From Treponemataceae bacterium (GTDB lineage: Bacteria > Spirochaetota > Spirochaetia > Treponematales > Rectinemataceae), in NCBI GenBank assembly GCA_963678065.2, contig CAXXVZ010000005.1:320001-384000 (forward strand): a stretch of DNA of 64,000 nt. Direction: 5' to 3'. Under the pieces are notes generated by a model. It had not been told where the DNA came from and did not search any database. It saw nothing but the letters and a program-made list of their open reading frames with translations. Within the stretch, counting starts at the first letter, position 1. Each line of letters begins with the position of its first letter. This document shows positions 49,630-58,663 of this stretch, in pieces. The position numbers and the translations under genes are program-made.

Positions 49630-50541
49630 TCAGTTCCAGCACCCGATATCATCGGAAAAAATTGTTTTCCCATCAGCGGTGATGGTGGCTTTCCACCGTC
49701 TGCCGACCAGACACTGGGCGTTCACGGCCACCGGCAGGGCAGCCGTGTGCGTGACTGATTTTTCGATGTTGATCGCCATGACGCAGTTGATTCCGCGCGA
49801 TCCCATCGGTCCGAGTCCCAGCCTTCTGGAGGCTTCGAGCAACTCAATTTCCAGTTTTGCCGTTTCCGCGTCGGGATTATGCCGCCCGATCACACGGAGC
49901 AAAGCCGCCTCTTTTGCCATTTTCATGCACAGATCCGCAGTGCCGCCGATACCGACGCCGATGATCGCGGGCGGGCATATTTTCCCGGCGTAACATGAAT
50001 CCTTGATGCACTCGATGACGAATTTTTTTATTCCCGCGAGGCCGTCCGACGGGAACAGCATCCGGAAAAAGGCGCCGAATATCTCGGAACCGCCCCCTTT
50101 GGGTGCGGCAATTATTTCCAGCTGTCCGTTTTTGCCTTCAAAAGAGATTTCGACCTTGGGCATGCCAGGACCGAGATTGTTGCCGGGATTTTCCCTGGTG
50201 AGAGGATCGACCATGGTGGGACGGAGAAAGCTCTCGGCAGTCGCCCTGGCGGTAGCATGTTGGGCCGCCCTGTAGATGGAGGGGATTCCTCCCGCGATTT
50301 CCGCATCCGGAGCCACCTTGATGAAAAAAAGGGGGAAGCCTGTATCTCCGCAGACCAATCCTTTCCCCGCTTCCGACAACTCGGCATTTTTCAGACAGCT
50401 TTCCAGATGAGAGATCGCCAGAGGCTCGGTTTCCTCCGAGACTGCTCTCTCCAACGCGTTCTTTATGTCCCGTGGCATCCGCGTCGCTGCCGATCGCAGC
50501 GCTTCATACAACGCGGATTCGATTGTCTTCTCCGTGAGCAT
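49630..50541 (-). CDS. Fe-S hydro-lyase (fumarate hydratase/tartrate dehydratase) alpha subunit
   Basis: CGDTG, KGGGSE, CPPAIIGVGIGG, GLGPMG, PVAVNAQC. Confidence 0.9.
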   Translation of the reverse strand: MLTEKTIESALYEALRSAATRMPRDIKNALERAVSEETEPLAISHLESCLKNAELSEAGKGLVCGDTGFPLFFIKVAPDAEIAGGIPSIYRAAQHATARATAESFLRPTMVDPLTRENPGNNLGPGMPKVEISFEGKNGQLEIIAAPKGGGSEIFGAFFRMLFPSDGLAGIKKFVIECIKDSCYAGKICPPAIIGVGIGGTADLCMKMAKEAALLRVIGRHNPDAETAKLEIELLEASRRLGLGPMGSRGINCVMAINIEKSVTHTAALPVAVNAQCLVGRRWKATITADGKTIFSDDIGCWN

Positions 50542-50624
50542 CCCAAACCTCCTCACTCTTGCGCGCACGTTCGCTGCGAAAAACGCAAGGAGCGATCCTG
50601 CGCCGAGTTCATCGTTTCCGGCCT

Positions 50625-51314
50625 TTATCGCCCGAAACCCACTTCATTTATCAGGATACCATCCGCTTTCATGGCCAGCAGAAACTCCACTCTTTCGCGC
50701 GTCGTATATCCTACGGTTTCATCCTCGAGTCTCCCCGTCATGATCCAGACCAGGCATCCGGCCGCATGTATTTCCTCTATCAAAGCCGCATTCGCCCACT
50801 TTTCCCATAGCCGGATCGTGCCGGCTCCCGCTGTTGCGAAGTCCCGCCAGTCCGATGGTTCGGGAATGAAGCCGAGCACGCGGTACCCCGAGTCGCTGTT
50901 CCTGAGGATATGGGCATCGCGCACCGAGCAAACCCCGAATACGACCTTCGAGCCATAATCCCTTCGCTCGACCGCTGAAATCAGTTTTTCCAGACTTGCC
51001 CCGCCCTCCTTGACATGGAAGAGGAGAGATCCAAGTCCTGCATCGAAAAATTCCTCGAGAAAGGCAGGACCGAAATCGGGCCTGGCGATATGGCGGCGGG
51101 AATGAAAATCCTCGGCCGAGAGCTTGCATATTTTCTCCTCGTCGCCGAAGAGTCGACGGAGATCGGCATCATGGCTGATGACGGGAATACCATCCCGAGT
51201 GAAGCGTATGTCGATTTCCAGATAATCAGCCCCGAGAGCGAGAGAATGACGCGCTGCCGCGAGCGTCGATTCGGGAAACAGATCGGTGCCACAGCGATGC
51301 GCAACAATGGTCAT
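50625..51314 (-). CDS. Glycerophosphodiester phosphodiesterase family protein
   Basis: IVAHR, PESTLAA, EIDIRFTRDG, SHD. Confidence 0.88.
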   Translation of the reverse strand: MTIVAHRCGTDLFPESTLAAARHSLALGADYLEIDIRFTRDGIPVISHDADLRRLFGDEEKICKLSAEDFHSRRHIARPDFGPAFLEEFFDAGLGSLLFHVKEGGASLEKLISAVERRDYGSKVVFGVCSVRDAHILRNSDSGYRVLGFIPEPSDWRDFATAGAGTIRLWEKWANAALIEEIHAAGCLVWIMTGRLEDETVGYTTRERVEFLLAMKADGILINEVGFGR

Positions 51315-51396
51315 ATCCAACCTCGGCGGACATCGGGCAACATCGGACAATGCGTCCGCGGGAACGATCCGGAGCATGCCAGAAACACGGAGGGTT

Positions 51397-52440
51397 TCAT
51401 TCGAGGGAAGCCAGCGCCGTGAGGATCGCGGGGATCCCCACCCTCCAGTTCTCCGGTACTCCCTCGCTCAGCTCGAAGCAGTAGAGCCGAGGTCCCGCGG
51501 CCAGGGCCATGCCGCGTATCAGGGCGGCAAGCTCCTCTCCGGGCAGGTCGTAGCAACCGAGCGAGGGATTGATCCAGAGAAAGGCATCATGCCAGCGTTC
51601 TCTCGCCTCGGCCAGTTCCATATCCCCCTCGGGAGAAGGGGTGAGAGAATCGATATCGAAGCCCAGACGGGCGATGTCGCCGGCGATGAGCTTCAGCTTT
51701 CCGTCATAATGAACAAGAAGCCTCTTGCCCTTCCCATGCAAAATCCGGTTGATTCCTTCGTAGAGGGGAACGATGTGCTTCCGGTACGCATCAGGCCCGA
51801 TGGCGTCGATGCTCATGTTCTCCCAGAGTTTCACGATCCCTGCCTTCGACGCGGCAACGCAGGTAAATTCGTCGAGCTTCAGGGAGTTCATCAATTCGAG
51901 AAGATCGAAGAGATCGGCCTGCTCATCGGCGAGGTGATAGGAAAAGGCCTCGAGGCCTGCGTAGTCGATCTGGATCTTCTGGAAGGGCGTCCGGCCGACC
52001 TGTGCGAGAGTCATGCCGCGATCGCCCAGCGCCGCTTCGGATTCATTCCAGGCCTGGTCTGTCGCCGTATACCGGGTCCCCTCGAAAGCCTGCGTCAGTA
52101 TCCGGTAGTCGGAAGGCTTCTTGATGAAATACTCCATGCGCCACGGCAGGAGACCCCGACCAGAATCGCCCAGGTAATATTCGTGCAGTTCACCGGCAGA
52201 GGTACAAATCGTCACATCCCGTCGTTCAAGACCTTCCTCACGGGATTTCTTTTCGATGATCTCGCAATTGGGATGGTTTGCCTCAACGACGGCAACGTGG
52301 TTGACCTGGCCCAGGCCCAGGGAGAAGAGCCATTCCCAGTCCACGGTCGGATTGGGAACGAAGGCGTCATAGACGACATAGACAGGATGCTCGATCTGTC
52401 CTCCACCGAGGGCCGCCTTGAGTCTTTCGCGTATGCTCAT
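51397..52440 (-). CDS. Uroporphyrinogen decarboxylase-like family protein (HxDG type)
   Basis: RERLKAAL.G, VHYDG, DSLTPSPEGD, LWIN. Confidence 0.72.
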   Translation of the reverse strand: MSIRERLKAALGGGQIEHPVYVVYDAFVPNPTVDWEWLFSLGLGQVNHVAVVEANHPNCEIIEKKSREEGLERRDVTICTSAGELHEYYLGDSGRGLLPWRMEYFIKKPSDYRILTQAFEGTRYTATDQAWNESEAALGDRGMTLAQVGRTPFQKIQIDYAGLEAFSYHLADEQADLFDLLELMNSLKLDEFTCVAASKAGIVKLWENMSIDAIGPDAYRKHIVPLYEGINRILHGKGKRLLVHYDGKLKLIAGDIARLGFDIDSLTPSPEGDMELAEARERWHDAFLWINPSLGCYDLPGEELAALIRGMALAAGPRLYCFELSEGVPENWRVGIPAILTALASLE

Positions 52441-52536
52441 ATTCTTGAACCATCCTTGAACGAGGCGCCTTTCCGCCATCAGCTCTCCGGGTTTATCGAT
52501 ATTGTGGCTTTGGAAGATGTGATCCGACTCGCACCG

Positions 52537-53403
52537 TCAGCCTTTCACCGCGCCGCTGGTCAGGCCGGAAATGAATCTTTTGTTCATGATCAGATAGATC
52601 GTGACGATGGGGATGATGGAAAACATGGTGCCTGCCATCATGAGATTCCACTGGCTGGCTCCCTCGCCTCCTGTGTTTTTCAGCGCAACTACACCGACAA
52701 CCAGGGGATAGGTCGCTTTCTTCCCCATCGTGAATACCAGAGGCATCAGGTAATCGTTCCAGCTTGAACGGAAGGTGAGCAGACAGATAGTCGCTATCAT
52801 CGGGGTAACGAGGGGCAGAATTATGTTCCAGTATATCCTGAAGAAGCTGCAGCCATCGATGATCGCCGCTTCATCCAGTTCGAATGGAATGGTCTTCATA
52901 TAGCTGATCGCGATGAACAGATTCATAACGCTGAGACCGAAGATGTTTACGATGATGATTCCGTTGATGTTGTTGATTTTCAGACTGACAGCGGTCCTGA
53001 TCAACGGATAGAGGGTAACGCTGCCGGCCGATAAAAACAGCATGCTCAAAAAGACACCCGTCATCAGTTTCCTGCCCGGAAAATGTCCTCGCTGGAATAC
53101 ATAGGCGGTCATGGTAACGAAAAGCGCCACACCCACTACGCTGAAGACGCTGATATACAGGCTGTTCCAGGTATAGCGGGCAAAATTTCCTATTTTCCAC
53201 GCCTGCCTGTAATTCTCAAGTGTGAATTTCTGGGGAAGGAGGTTGATTCCGCCCAGCAGAATTTCCTGGCTCGATTTGAAAGATGCGGACATTGTATATA
53301 TAAGAGGCAAAAGGGTTATTGCCAAAATCAACAGGAGGAAACCGTACAGAAGTATCCGGAAAAAGAACTTTTCCATTTTTCTGATACCAGCCATGTTCAC
53401 CAC
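52537..53403 (-). CDS. Carbohydrate ABC permease (MalG-type)
   Basis: LDEAAIIDG, WNDYL. Confidence 0.93.
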   Translation of the reverse strand: MVNMAGIRKMEKFFFRILLYGFLLLILAITLLPLIYTMSASFKSSQEILLGGINLLPQKFTLENYRQAWKIGNFARYTWNSLYISVFSVVGVALFVTMTAYVFQRGHFPGRKLMTGVFLSMLFLSAGSVTLYPLIRTAVSLKINNINGIIIVNIFGLSVMNLFIAISYMKTIPFELDEAAIIDGCSFFRIYWNIILPLVTPMIATICLLTFRSSWNDYLMPLVFTMGKKATYPLVVGVVALKNTGGEGASQWNLMMAGTMFSIIPIVTIYLIMNKRFISGLTSGAVKG

Positions 53404-53407
53404 TCCT

Positions 53408-54319
53408 TTAGTTGATCCTGTCGCTGTTTTTGGTGAATTTCAGGTAAAATACTGTGACTATCGCCAAAATGAGAGAGGTGATGACTGCCAATGCAGAACC
53501 GTATCCGAAATCCGGAGAACTCGAGTAGTTCGAATCGAAAAAGAATTTGTAGATGAAAGTCATCATCACTTCCGATTTGCCGGCGGGTCTGCCACCCGTG
53601 AGAACCAGCACAAGGTCCGTTATCTTCAGACTCCCCAACAGCGCGAGCATCACGATCACCTGCAATACAGGCCCCAGCATTGGAATGGTGATGGAGAAAA
53701 ACTTGCTGGTTTCACGTGCGCCATCCATGTCCGCCGATTCGTAGAGCTCTTTAGGAATACTCTGCAAGCCCATGAGGAACATGACCATATTGAGGCCGAA
53801 GTTCTGCCAGATCGAAGCGATACCGAGGATCAGCATCGCGTTTAGCTGTGTGCCGAACCAGTTGATCGGCTCCTTTATCATGCCGATTTTCATCAACAGC
53901 CCATTTATGACGCCGTCATATGCGGCAAAAAGGAACCAGAATATGATTCCGATGATCGCGACGCTCACAACGGCCGGCAGAAAAAAGATTGCCCGGAAAA
54001 AATTGCCGAATCTGATTTTCTTGTTCAAAATATATGCAAGCACCAGCGCGAGAGGCAGTTCGATGCTCAGCTTGCCGATGGCCAGGACAAAGGTGTTCAC
54101 CACCGCTTGCCAGTAACTGATATCCCGCGTAAATGCCCTGGTGAAATTGTAAAAACCGACGAAAGTCTCCTTTGTCATACCATCCCAGCTGTAAACGCAA
54201 AGCCGGAAAACCCAGAGCAATGGATATATGACAAAAACACAGAGTCCTATCGTTGAAGGGGTAATCATCAACCAGGACTGAATCGTATCTTTGCGCCGGT
54301 ACTTATTGACCATTTCCAT
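53408..54319 (-). CDS. Carbohydrate ABC permease (MalF-type)
   Basis: FVGFYNF, YESADMDGA. Confidence 0.93.
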   Translation of the reverse strand: MEMVNKYRRKDTIQSWLMITPSTIGLCVFVIYPLLWVFRLCVYSWDGMTKETFVGFYNFTRAFTRDISYWQAVVNTFVLAIGKLSIELPLALVLAYILNKKIRFGNFFRAIFFLPAVVSVAIIGIIFWFLFAAYDGVINGLLMKIGMIKEPINWFGTQLNAMLILGIASIWQNFGLNMVMFLMGLQSIPKELYESADMDGARETSKFFSITIPMLGPVLQVIVMLALLGSLKITDLVLVLTGGRPAGKSEVMMTFIYKFFFDSNYSSSPDFGYGSALAVITSLILAIVTVFYLKFTKNSDRIN

Positions 54320-54328
54320 CTCCTGTGC

Positions 54329-54367
54329 CGCGGAACGTTCCCGATGACGGGTCCGGAACGTTCCGCG
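54329..54367. other. Intercistronic hairpin after SBP gene
   Basis: CGCGGAACGTTCC-13 nt-GGAACGTTCCGCG perfect inverted repeat. Confidence 0.7.
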
Positions 54368-54375
54368 CGAATCAA

Positions 54376-55746
54376 TTATTGCAGTCTCTGGTCAGTCTTG
54401 TAAATGTAATCCTCGAGCTGCACTTTCCCGCTCTTGACGGCTCTGTCGAGCGCTTCGTTGTAGCGTTTGTCAAGGTCGGATAAAGCTTCATCGATGGACA
54501 TCTCGCCAGCCCAGACCATATCCAGCACCTTGGGAGCGGACAGGCCTTCGATAGTGATGAGAGAATCCGGGAATGGCTGGAGGCCGTAGCTCTTGCTGAG
54601 ATCGGACATATTTTTCCAGCCCGTCTTCGACTTTACGTTTTTCGCACCGTTGATGATGTCCATTTCAATCGGGATGATGGCGCAATCCTCATAGATTGTC
54701 GTGAGGAATTCTTTGCTATGCAGAAATTTGAACACTTCTACCACGGCCGGAAGATGCGCACTCGTCACGCTTGAGCTGATACTGACCGAGTATCGCTGCA
54801 ACATCGGAGCCTTGTATCTCTGCTTGCTCAAGTCGAACACCGGGAGTTCGCAGATATCCCACTCCATCTTGGCAGGGAATTGGTCATTGTAGACGCCGAT
54901 ATCGTAACTGGGAGCGATCATCATGCCGATACGCCCTTCCGCGAACTGTGCCCGGATCGGATCGATCTGGATGGATTCGGCGCCGGGGAAATAGCTCTTG
55001 TCCGCCTTGATGCCCATCACGAATTCAATCGCCGGCTTGAAGTCCTTGAAACTATAGCGCCCTGTACTGTTGTCAAACCAGAAATGTCCGATCGAAGGAA
55101 TTGCAGCCTTGAAAACCAGCCTGCGCCATGCGGCTGACCATCCGAAGGGCAGACCATATCCGAATTCCTTACCACCACCTGCGTCCGTAATCCGTTTGGC
55201 GTAGGACCGGACTTCATTCCAGGTTTTCGGCGGCGTCGGGTTTCCGGCCTTGTCGACGATCCCCGCTTTCCTGAACAGAGCTTTGTTGTATGCCATTTTT
55301 ATGGGGACCACTTCCAGGGGAAAAGCGTAGGTCTTGCCGCCGAAGCTGAAAAGCTGTTTGACCTGACTGTAAGGCTTGAAGCGCGTCACCAGATCATTCA
55401 GGGCGGGGATGTCTTCAAAGGCCCTGACATAGCCGCCGGAGACAATCTGCGCTTCCACTCCATTCGATAAAAAGAAAAGATCCGCAGGATTTCCGGCCTT
55501 CAGACCGAGCATGAGCAACTGCGAATAATTATCGATATTGGTTTCCATATCGATCTGGATGCCCTTTTCTTTTCCGATGGTTTTGTTGAATCCCGCGACC
55601 TGGTTTTCAAGCAAAGTTTTCCAGGCGCCTACCGACGAAAACAGCGTCACTGTTTCCATTTTTCCAGGGGCGGCAAAGACTGTCCCTCCCACCAAACCCA
55701 GCAGTAGAACCGTGCTCGCAAGCACCCCAAGCAACCTACGATTCAT
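54376..55746 (-). CDS. Carbohydrate ABC substrate-binding protein (CUT1)
   Basis: Signal peptide; YNKALFRKAG, PPKTWNE, FAEGRIGM. Confidence 0.92.
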   Translation of the reverse strand: MNRRLLGVLASTVLLLGLVGGTVFAAPGKMETVTLFSSVGAWKTLLENQVAGFNKTIGKEKGIQIDMETNIDNYSQLLMLGLKAGNPADLFFLSNGVEAQIVSGGYVRAFEDIPALNDLVTRFKPYSQVKQLFSFGGKTYAFPLEVVPIKMAYNKALFRKAGIVDKAGNPTPPKTWNEVRSYAKRITDAGGGKEFGYGLPFGWSAAWRRLVFKAAIPSIGHFWFDNSTGRYSFKDFKPAIEFVMGIKADKSYFPGAESIQIDPIRAQFAEGRIGMMIAPSYDIGVYNDQFPAKMEWDICELPVFDLSKQRYKAPMLQRYSVSISSSVTSAHLPAVVEVFKFLHSKEFLTTIYEDCAIIPIEMDIINGAKNVKSKTGWKNMSDLSKSYGLQPFPDSLITIEGLSAPKVLDMVWAGEMSIDEALSDLDKRYNEALDRAVKSGKVQLEDYIYKTDQRLQ

Positions 55747-55944
55747 TCGTTACCTCCTGGTAATAAGGAATATATACAACAGGCTACCTCGAAACCCGCA
55801 TTCACCTTTTCTCCCGAATCCCAACACTCTGCCTGTGGCTCATTCCAGACTTCTCTCATTCCTTCCCATTGTCAGCGCCATGCTCAATGCATGCTCGATA
55901 TCGCCACAGGCAAAAAAATCCGATGAATATTTTCATATATCTTG

Positions 55945-56040
55945 AGGTGTGAACTATAAACTGTCAAGTAATATTTTTCGAAAAAATACATATGCTATCT
56001 GCTTGACTTTTCGAAACTATCATTCGATAATTTTCGACAA
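55945..56040. promoter_or_regulatory. Divergent promoters with TTTTCGAAAA operators
   Basis: Minus TTGACA at 55967-55962; TTTTTCGAAAAA 55974-55985; plus TTGACT(56003)-N17-GATAAT with TTTTCGAAA in the spacer; TTTTCGACA at 56031. Confidence 0.78.
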
Positions 56041-56117
56041 GATCAGGGTACGCAGCTTTTCTTCATTCTTCAATATGTACCCGTACGCCGCGGTATACAC
56101 TGTGGCTGGAGGTAAAG

Positions 56118-57476
56118 GTGCAGAATCCGAGGGTTGGATTTGTCGGTTTTGGCGAAGTGAACTCGCCACGCGAGCTTTTAACCATGAAGTGTCTGTGTGC
56201 TCGCAAAGAACTTGATGCGATGGGTTTGGAGATAACTACCACCGACCTTGTCACCGACGATGCGCAAGGTCACGATGTGGCGAGGGCAATTGCGGACCTT
56301 GGTACGGGGCACTTCGATGCGATTGTCGTCTGCATAGCGGGGTGGATACCCTCCCACGCGGTTATCAGGGTGCTTTCCGGGTTTCGACACCTTCCGGTAA
56401 TCCTCTGGGGACTCGCGGGACATTATGCCGGTGACAGGCTGGTTACTACCGCGGATCAGGCAGGCACCTCCGCCCTTAGGGGTGTGCTGGAGGATCTGGG
56501 GTACTCGGTCCGCTTTGTATACTCCACACCGGGTGGGGGCAGCGGAGCGGCCAAGGTAGCCATCATCTCCAAGGCAGCTTTCGCCCTCGCAATGCTTCGG
56601 CGCGCACGGGTGGGGATGATGGGCTACCGCGACATGAACCTCTATGGAACGATGTTCGATGGAGTGTCATTGACCAGAATTCTCGGCGTGGAAATCGAGT
56701 TCTTCGAGATGCTCGAAGCTGCGCGACTCATGGAAGCCCAGGAGGCTTCGGCAGTCGAAAAAGTCATACAACGCGTTCGGGAACGATGGACTTTTCTTGC
56801 GGAAGCCACCCGTGATGGGCTTTACAAGGCGGCGGCATGGTATCTCGCACTCGCACAGAAGGCGACAGAAAGAGGGTACCAGGCGATATCGCTGCTCGAT
56901 GTGGATGGCATGAAAAAACTTGCCGGCCTTCCTCCGGCCATGGTTTTCATGCTCCTCGCGGACGAGCTGAATCTCTGCACCATCCCGGAAAACGACTCGC
57001 TTGGCGCGGTGACGCAGCTCATCGTCAGGCAACTCACCGGCCAAGCCGCCGCTTACATGGAATTCTATGAGTTCATGGAGGATCGGGTCCTGATAGGAGT
57101 GCCGGACTACGTGCCATCGGAGGTTGTGGATGGGCCGGTCACCGTGCTCCCTGCCAGTTTCGGGAATTTCCAGGGTGGTCTGTTGAACGTCTCGAAAGTG
57201 AAAACAGGACGCGTTACACTCTCCCGTCTTTTTGCCAGAAATGGTGAATACTCCCTGCACGTCGTCACGGGAGAGGCTGTCACACCGCGCCCGTGGGAGG
57301 AAGCGGGCTGGGCCGCACCGGCGCCGCAGCTTCCCGGCCTGGAAATAATTCTCGATTCTCCTGTGGAAGAATTCGCGCAGAAGGTGATGTCCCAGCATTA
57401 TATAGTGAGCTACGGCGATACGCGGATCCTTCTGGCCGAATTCTGTACCCTGGCGGGCATCAAGCTGGTACAGTGA
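56118..57476 (+). CDS. L-fucose isomerase-like protein
   Basis: GGAGG + GTG; PVILWG, PENDSLGA, GRVTLSRL, SQHY; FucI/AraA-like domain layout. Confidence 0.72.
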   Translation: MQNPRVGFVGFGEVNSPRELLTMKCLCARKELDAMGLEITTTDLVTDDAQGHDVARAIADLGTGHFDAIVVCIAGWIPSHAVIRVLSGFRHLPVILWGLAGHYAGDRLVTTADQAGTSALRGVLEDLGYSVRFVYSTPGGGSGAAKVAIISKAAFALAMLRRARVGMMGYRDMNLYGTMFDGVSLTRILGVEIEFFEMLEAARLMEAQEASAVEKVIQRVRERWTFLAEATRDGLYKAAAWYLALAQKATERGYQAISLLDVDGMKKLAGLPPAMVFMLLADELNLCTIPENDSLGAVTQLIVRQLTGQAAAYMEFYEFMEDRVLIGVPDYVPSEVVDGPVTVLPASFGNFQGGLLNVSKVKTGRVTLSRLFARNGEYSLHVVTGEAVTPRPWEEAGWAAPAPQLPGLEIILDSPVEEFAQKVMSQHYIVSYGDTRILLAEFCTLAGIKLVQ

Positions 57477-57655
57477 CATAATGATGCCTGCCCTTTCTCA
57501 ACGCCGCCCGGCCGTCTTTCCATCTCTCCTTTCCGCGTGCAATAGTGAGGACGCGGCGGAGCAGGCCAAACAACCTGATCCCAAAACTACCCGCACTTAC
57601 GGGCCTGTCCGCAGGACGTTTTTCGCCTTCGGACCCCGGAGGAACGATAGAGAAC

Positions 57656-58663
57656 ATGGTACGATTGAGTGACATAGCCGCATTGACCGGGGTGGGAGTA
57701 GCCACCGTATCGAAGGCACTTCGCGGCAGCAGGGATATCAATCCCCAGACGAGAGAGCGCATCCTGGAAGCGGCACGAAAGCTCGAGTATCTCCCGAGAT
57801 CGGCCGCAAAAACAAAGGAAAACTTCGAAACCGCAGGCTCCATAGGTGTCATCTGCCCGGAAATTCGAAGCGGCTATTATGCCCGGATCGTAACCGCATT
57901 GGAAAAGCAGATACAGCAGGGCGGATACGGAATGATGTTGGGACTCACCGATTTCACCTACGAGCGGGAGGCAAACCTGCTCGAGCATTTCAGGAAGCAA
58001 GGCGTAGCCGGTATTATATGCATCACGGAGGAAGAGAGAATCGAGTATGACCTGCGGACCTTCCGCAGCATCTATAATATCCCTGTGGTTGTCGTCGCCA
58101 CGGTCATCGCTATCGAGGATTTCGACTATGTCAAGGTGAACGACGAATTGAGCGTCCGCATGGCAGTGCGGCATCTCGTCGAGTTGGGTCACTCAGGGAT
58201 TGGCTATATCGGGGACAGCGCCTCCCGCCAGCGAATGGCTGTGTTCGAGGATGCGTTGCGGCAGCATGGAATCCCGATGAGAAATTCGTTTGCCAGAACC
58301 GGCGACGAACGCTTTGAACTTGGAGGCTATCTCAGAATGAAGGAAGTGCTCGCAGAAATCGATCCGCCGACGGCGATGCTCGCGGCCTACGATGATATGG
58401 CAATCGGCGCGATGAGGGCTGTCTACGAGGCCGGGCTCGGGATCCCGACCGATATCTCGATCGTGGGGATCGACGGCATCGAAGTGGGAGGATACCTCTC
58501 GACCACGCTGACCACCGTTGCGGGCAACACCGCCGCGATGGCGGAAACGGCGTGGCACATCCTTTGCAGGAAGATAGGGGACCCACTGTTCACCCTGGTA
58601 CAGCATGTGGAGATAAACCCCGAGCTCCTGGTTCGCCAGTCGACCGGAGCCCCGCCAGCATGA
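57656..58663 (+). CDS. LacI family transcriptional regulator
   Basis: RLSDIAALTGVGVATVSKAL, IVGID, LTTV. Confidence 0.93.
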   Translation: MVRLSDIAALTGVGVATVSKALRGSRDINPQTRERILEAARKLEYLPRSAAKTKENFETAGSIGVICPEIRSGYYARIVTALEKQIQQGGYGMMLGLTDFTYEREANLLEHFRKQGVAGIICITEEERIEYDLRTFRSIYNIPVVVVATVIAIEDFDYVKVNDELSVRMAVRHLVELGHSGIGYIGDSASRQRMAVFEDALRQHGIPMRNSFARTGDERFELGGYLRMKEVLAEIDPPTAMLAAYDDMAIGAMRAVYEAGLGIPTDISIVGIDGIEVGGYLSTTLTTVAGNTAAMAETAWHILCRKIGDPLFTLVQHVEINPELLVRQSTGAPPA

